Shown: piece after piece, positions 57,637 through 64,000 of the stretch
Numbering within the stretch: position 1 is the first letter of the stretch
Layout: every line of letters starts with the position of its first letter
Assembly: GCA_964016885.1 (NCBI GenBank)
Contig: OZ024760.1
Span: forward strand, 8,804,001 to 8,868,000
From: Eledone cirrhosa
Taxonomy: Eukaryota
DNA length: 64,000 nucleotides
Reading direction: 5' to 3'
Notes under the pieces: model-generated
Databases searched by the model: none
The model's input: only the letters and a program-made list of their open reading frames with translations
What the model was told of the DNA's origin: nothing
Position numbers and translations under genes: made by a program

Positions 57637-59450
57637 TCTAGACTGTGGCCATACTGGGGCACTGCTATTAGACTGTGGCTATACTGGGGCACTGACTTTA
57701 GACAGTGGCCATACTGGGGCACTGACTTTAGACTGTGGCCATACTGGGGCACTGACTTTAGACAGTGGCCATACTGGGACACTGCCATTAGACAGTGGCC
57801 ATACTGGGGCACTGACTTTAGACAGTGGCCATACTGGGGCACTGTCATTAGACTTGGCCATACTGGGGCACTGACTTTAGACTGTGGCCATACTGGGGCA
57901 CTGCCATTAGACTTGGCCATACTGGGGCACTGACTTTAGACTGTGGCCATACTGGGGCACTGCCATTAGACAGTGGCCATACTGGGGCACTGACTTTAGA
58001 CTGTGGCCATACTGGGGCACTGTCATTAGACTTGGCCATACTGGGGCACTGACTTTAGACTGTGGCCATACTGGGGCACTGCCATTAGACAGTGGCCATA
58101 TTGGGGCACTGACTTTAGACTGTGGCCATACTGGGGCACTGTCATTAGACTTGGCCATACTGGGGCACTGACTTTAGACTGTGGCCATACTGGGGCACTG
58201 CCATTAGACAGTGGCCATACTGGGGCACTGACTTTAGACTGTGGCCATACTGGGGCACTGTCATTAGACTTGGCCATACTGGGGCACTGACTTTAGACTG
58301 TGGCCATACTGGGGCACTGCCATTAGACAGTGGCCATACTGGGGCACTGACTTTAGACTGTGGCCATACTGGGGCACTGTCATTAGACTTGGCCATACTG
58401 GGGCACTGACTTTAGACTGTGGCCATACTGGGGCACTGCCATTAGACAGTGGCCATATTGGGGCACTGACTTTAGACTGTGGCCATACTGGGGCACTGTC
58501 ATTAGACTTGGCCATACTGGGGCACTGACTTTAGACTGTGGCCATACTGGGGCACTGCCATTAGACAGTGGCCATATTGGGGCACTGACTTTAGACTGTG
58601 GCCATACTGGGGCACTGCCATTAGACTTGGCCATACTGGGGCACTGACTTTAGACTGTGGCCATACTGGGGCACTGCCATTAGACAGTGGCCATATTGGG
58701 GCACTGACTTTAGACTGTGGCCATACTGGGGCACTGTCATTAGACTTGGCCATACTGGGGCACTGACTTTAGACTGTGGCCATACTGGGGCACTGCCATT
58801 AGACAGTGGCCATACTGGGGCACTGACTTTAGACTGTGGCCATACTGGGGCACTGTCATTAGACTTGGCCATACTGGGGCACTGACTTTAGACTGTGGCC
58901 ATACTGGGGCACTGCCATTAGACAGTGGCCATACTGGGGCACTGACTTTAGACTGTGGCCATACTGGGGCACTGTCATTAGACTTGGCCATACTGGGGCA
59001 CTGACTTTAGACTGTGGCCATACTGGGGCACTGCCATTAGACAGTGGCCATATTGGGGCACTGACTTTAGACTGTGGCCATACTGGGGCACTGTCATTAG
59101 ACTTGGCCATACTGGGGCACTGACTTTAGACTGTGGCCATACTGGGGCACTGCCATTAGACAGTGGCCATATTGGGGCACTGACTTTAGACTGTGGCCAT
59201 ACTGGGGCACTGCCATTAGACTTGGCCATACTGGGGCACTGACTTTAGACTTGGCCATTCTGGGGCACTACCTTTAGACAGTGACCATACTGGGGCACTG
59301 CCATTAGACTTGGCCATACTGGGGCACTACATTAGACTGGGGCCATACAGGGGCACTACATTTAAACTGACTCCATACTGGGGCACTACATTAGACTGTG
59401 GCCATACTGGGGCACTACATTAGACTATGGCCATACTGGGGCACTACATT
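57637..59450. repeat. 30-bp minisatellite with 119-bp higher-order repeat
   Basis: Monomer ttagactgtggccatactggggcactgact. The ORF track repeats every 119 bp (57907, 58026, 58145...). Confidence 0.96.
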
Positions 59451-59527
59451 CTTTCACTAGTTGTCATTAGACTGTGGCCAATCAAGTATTGATTACAGAA
59501 TTATCTATATTATATATATATATGCAT

Positions 59528-59737
59528 ATATATATATATAATATAGATGCGGTGGATTGGCAGTATCGGTAGAGGGTCGGACGCCATGCTTTGCAGTACA
59601 GTTACGTCCCTTTACGGATTGAGTTCAAATCCCGCCGAGGTTAACTTTGTCTTTCATCCTTACGGGGTCGATAGAATAAAGTACCAGTAATACACTGGGA
59701 TAATTGCTGGCCTTGTGCCAAAAGTAGAAACAATTAT
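59528..59737 (+). mobile_element. Full-length SINE family 1
   Basis: Head, core and tail are complete. Confidence 0.88.
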
Positions 59738-59879
59738 ATATATATATATGCATATATATATATACAAGAACACAGACACCCGATCTGAGTGTCCTGTGGT
59801 TTAATTATAATCGATAGTTTGTCTTCGATGATCGATTATTTTGATTGATTTTAAGCTACACCCTACAGAATATGAAATA

Positions 59880-59933
<54 letters not shown>

Positions 59934-59967
59934 GTATACATATATATATATATACATATATATATGT

Positions 59968-60005
<38 letters not shown>

Positions 60006-60006
60006 G

Positions 60007-60045
<39 letters not shown>

Positions 60046-60054
60046 GTGTATATA

Positions 60055-60091
<37 letters not shown>

Positions 60092-60815
60092 TATCAATCC
60101 TTCTATGTTTGTTTACTTGTCTCGCCCGCTTTACGCGATTTACTTGTCCCAATATCTTTATTTAGCTATTGCTCGCACCAACCGGAGGTATATGATTTTT
60201 AAAGCGATGAATTACCAATGAAGGTTGGAAAATCACTGACGAAGGACTATTTTTATCATATGTAACCCATGTGCAACCACGCAGTATTCCTCTTTCTTCT
60301 CATGTTTTTTATACATATTTACCTCGGCTGCGTTTGTCTGTTTCTCTCTTACTGCTTCCCCGCTCTCTCTGTTTCTCTCACCTTCTTTCGCCCCCTCTGT
60401 CAGTTACACTTTCTCTCGACAGGCCACTTCCACTCACTCACTCTCTGTTTCTTCCCTTCTCACTTCCTCCCGTTTGGCCTGTGTGGGTTCTCTTCTTGCT
60501 CACATCTCACTCACGTCGGATGGTCTGTATTACGCTCGCTCATAAAATCCACCCAGCTTAAGCTGACCGGATAACCATGTTGCTTGTTTTTTCCTATCTT
60601 TGCGTTGCTATCAATCCTTCTATGTTTGTTTACTTGTCTCGCCCGCTTTACGCGATTTACTTGTCCCAATAGCTTTATTTGGCTATTGCTCGCACCAACC
60701 TGAGGTATATGATCTTTAAAGCGATGAAATACCAATGAAGGTTGGAAAATCACTGACGAAGGACTATTTTTATCATATGTAACCCATGTGCAACCACGCA
60801 GTATTCTTTCTTCTC

Positions 60816-60817
<2 letters not shown>
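60092..60817 (+). mobile_element. Non-coding element with ~210-bp terminal direct repeats (517-bp period) in (TA)n
   Basis: 60092-60303 matches 60609-60817; a related solo copy lies at 27715-27870 in opposite orientation. Confidence 0.75.
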
Positions 60818-60893
<76 letters not shown>

Positions 60894-60907
60894 ATATATA
60901 TATATAA

Positions 60908-60990
<83 letters not shown>

Positions 60991-61689
60991 ACACTGTAAG
61001 GAGAGACGAACACTGATATATAGTTATATGCGTTCAAGTCACAAAGGACATAATAGACCGACAGGGTAGAGAAAATATTGACTAAAATAGTATGGTTCAC
61101 AGAACCCAATCAAAAAGATGAATTGAGAAAAAGGAGCTTACCATGATATCTATTATGTACCCGGACAATTTATGGGTAGAACTGTTTCGCAAAATTCAGT
61201 GAGGAGAATTATTGGTGTGATGCTTCTCAACGGGTACCCACCGCAATATTCACTTCACTACTATGTTTGGTAGAAGACTAAATAACACGTGTGTTAATAT
61301 AGAGAGACCACGTGGAAATAAAGCGCCAGGCGGAACGAATAGAACATAAGATTACGAGGAAAATAGCAGCCAGGACCATTCGATTTATATGAAAGCTCAA
61401 CAAAAGCGATGGAGCTTACAGTATTATAAGGCTCGGAAAAAAATGTTCTCCTTGAGTTATTTAAATTATAGGGGACTTTTGTGAGTTTTTAATTCAATAT
61501 ATACTTTTGATATATATATATAATAAAGCAAGGACCATTGGTTACTCCTTCATTACGTTTATTGGTTGGTGACGCGCGTCACCATATATATTGTGTGTGT
61601 GTATATATATATACCAAATCAACTTTTTAAATGGAAGTTGCATTATTATAAGGTATGTCAAAATTATTTATAAAACAGCTTATGTATTG

Positions 61690-61756
61690 TATTTTGTCTG
61701 AGGAAGGCATACCATATTTTTAATATGATATTCCCAGAAATATATATAACGAAATA
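61690..61756 (+). ncRNA. Minimal hammerhead ribozyme
   Basis: tattttgt-CTGAGGA-aggcataccatatt(ttt)aatatgatattccca-GAAA-tatata-TA-acgaaata. Stem I covaries with the 8068 copy (tattttat/atagaata). Confidence 0.78.
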
Positions 61757-61884
61757 AATATGGTTTTATAAATATAGTTTCCATTTGTTTAATATCGTAA
61801 ACCTACTCCAGAAACTGTTGAGTGCTTTTATATCAGTTATAAAATATTTACTCGTTGTAACCCAACAATTTTAAATAAAACTTT

Positions 61885-61941
<57 letters not shown>

Positions 61942-61943
<2 letters not shown>

Positions 61944-62515
61944 CTGACCAAGATACTCTCGTGGAATGTGACCAAATGAGGTTTATTTTTCACCATATTT
62001 TCCCGTGCGACCCACACAATTCTTCCGTCGGTAATTGTATTGCTTGAAACAATTTGGGGAAGAAGCTTTCATCTCTTTGGTAAAAAAAAGGTCATGAACA
62101 GCAGATATGACGTCATCATCACTGTGCTACTGGATCCCAGCCAAGGGGGTTTTTTTTTCATGTTGGGGAACAGATGATAGCTAGATGGGACCATTGTTCT
62201 GATGAAACAAGACCCCCTTTTCTGGGCGTTTGGTCTTGATAACATTTCGCAACTGTGTCAACAAGTTGGCATAGTACTCTCCACTGATAGTGTGGCCCTT
62301 TTGGAGATAATCAATAAACACAATACCTTTTGTATCCCCCCAAAAAACTGAGGTCATCACCATCCCTGCAGATAAAATCATCTTGATGATCTTTGGAGCA
62401 GGTGAGGAGGGAAGTTTCCACTGCATGGATTGTCTCTTTGTCTCTGGTTCAAAGTGATGTGCCCAACACACATTCTGGATTAGGAAACGTTCAAAGAAAC
62501 CAGGTGGATCTGATT
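61942..62515 (-). mobile_element. Mariner (Tc1/mariner) transposase relic
   Basis: HHFEPETKRQSMQWK..SAGMVMTSVFW..KGIVFIDYLQKGHTISGEYYANLL..GVLFHQNN, then YHLFPNMKK further downstream. Confidence 0.9.
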
Positions 62516-62681
62516 CAAAAATTTCTATTTCTTCTTTTATATCTTCTGGTGAAGGATTAATATCCGAAGCATTAAGATTCTCTTTCTGTTATCTCAAGCG
62601 TTAAACTAATATATATATATATATATATATATACATTTTTCATACTGTGACGTTTCCCTTTGTTTTTATCTGTTTACGTTT

Positions 62682-62723
<42 letters not shown>

Positions 62724-62760
62724 GGGGAGAGAAAGACAGAAGAAGAAGAAGAAAAGAAGA

Positions 62761-62849
<89 letters not shown>

Positions 62850-63227
62850 CATTATTCCATCATGTAAATATATTAGATAAATATTTAACTCTTTTCCGGG
62901 CTCTCACAATAGCGAAATGTCCTCCTTAAAATATTACATATAATGCAAATGTAGCGAGACAAATAGTTTTAAAGTTTTCGCAATTAACACATTTGCTTGT
63001 ACTTCCTTGTGTTTGTCTAATATTGAATTTCTTATTCTCAACGACAGTGACTCAGGTTATGTGGGGTGGGTGTGGAGGTGGAAAGAGGTGTCCTTGATTG
63101 TGATACTAGTGATGTGGAGATTATCACGTGTTTTATTTAAAAAAACGGAAAAGGAAGGGAAAAGCAAGGGCTCTAGTGTCACCGAAGAATGGGGAAGGTT
63201 ATTGGGCTCTGGGCCTAGGGTGCCGTG

Positions 63228-63420
63228 TTAATGGGTCTGCACTCCGCGGACAATGGCCAACGACACCTGCTGCAACAGCGACCCCACCTCACAAGGCTTC
63301 TTCCTCAGACGGGCTGCCGACGTTCCGATCCTGCGGAGGAGCTCGGCAGTACGGGGTCCAAATACGCCTAATGTCAGACGAAGAAATACGTATAGGAGTT
63401 TATCACGAGAGTGTGGCAAA
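63228..63420 (-). mobile_element. Second CRE-clade-like RLE C-terminal fragment
   Basis: TLGVFGPRTAELLRRIG...LLQQVSLAIVRG resembles ETLG.FGP...LFQRLSLAIVRGN. Confidence 0.65.
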
Positions 63421-63670
63421 GCGGAAAGCTACAGACATCCGTTTATAGATAAAAAGTGGGATTCCATCTGACCTGAAGAGAATTTAGATGTGGCTCTGGC
63501 TGTTATTTATAGAAATTTGGGTGCCGTTGACTCGAAAGGGGCAAGTAGATGAAGTGTGTGATTGGGGTTTACGACCGAGAACAAGGCTCGAAAGCTTCCT
63601 ATAATTGCACATAACAATATTGGGGGGTGGGATATGATGGTCATATATGATATATTAGTAATAATGTATC

Positions 63671-64000
63671 TTGGTTTGTGGTCATTGACTGTATCATACA
63701 TTAGTAATTAGATTTACCTTGGTTTGTGGTCATTGGCTGTATCATACATTAGTAATTAGATTTACCTTGGTTTGTGGTCATTGGCTGTATCATATATTAG
63801 TAATTAGATTTACCTTGGTTTGTGGTCATTGGCTGTATCATACATTAGTAATTAGATTTACCTTGGTTTGTGGTCATTGGCTGTATCATACATTAGTAAT
63901 TAGATTTACCTTGGTTTGTGATCATTGGCTGTATCATACATTAGTAATTAGATTTACCTTGGTTTGTGGTCATTGGCTATATCATACATTAGTAATTAGA
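63671..64000. repeat. 48-bp tandem repeat running off the window end
   Basis: Unit ttggtttgtggtcattggctgtatcatacattagtaattagatttacc. Confidence 0.96.

Overview
This is repeat-saturated, AT-rich eukaryotic DNA. The SINE content resembles octopod cephalopod SINEs; that assignment is inference from recall, not a database result. Almost every ORF in the supplied track is a translation of microsatellite or minisatellite sequence, and no intact protein-coding gene is visible. The window holds long (GT)n/(TA)n/(CA)n/(GGT)n tracts, many minisatellites (one with a 119-bp higher-order period), and two abundant tRNA-derived SINE families. It also holds fragments of RTE, CRE-like and Tx1-like LINEs, a mariner relic, MITEs, and a decayed autonomous Penelope-like element (RT plus GIY-YIG, Naiad-like CxCx5C linker) at about 23.1-26.8 kb. 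The most striking signal is a diverse population of short non-coding elements, most abutting (TA)n tracts. They carry minimal type I hammerhead ribozyme motifs with palindromic stem III, often have a fold-back (inverted) 5' arm, and share a covarying bulged hairpin ACTC-stem-NN-GAGTRC downstream of the cleavage site, although their sequences are otherwise unrelated. All structures were folded by eye and need computational confirmation.
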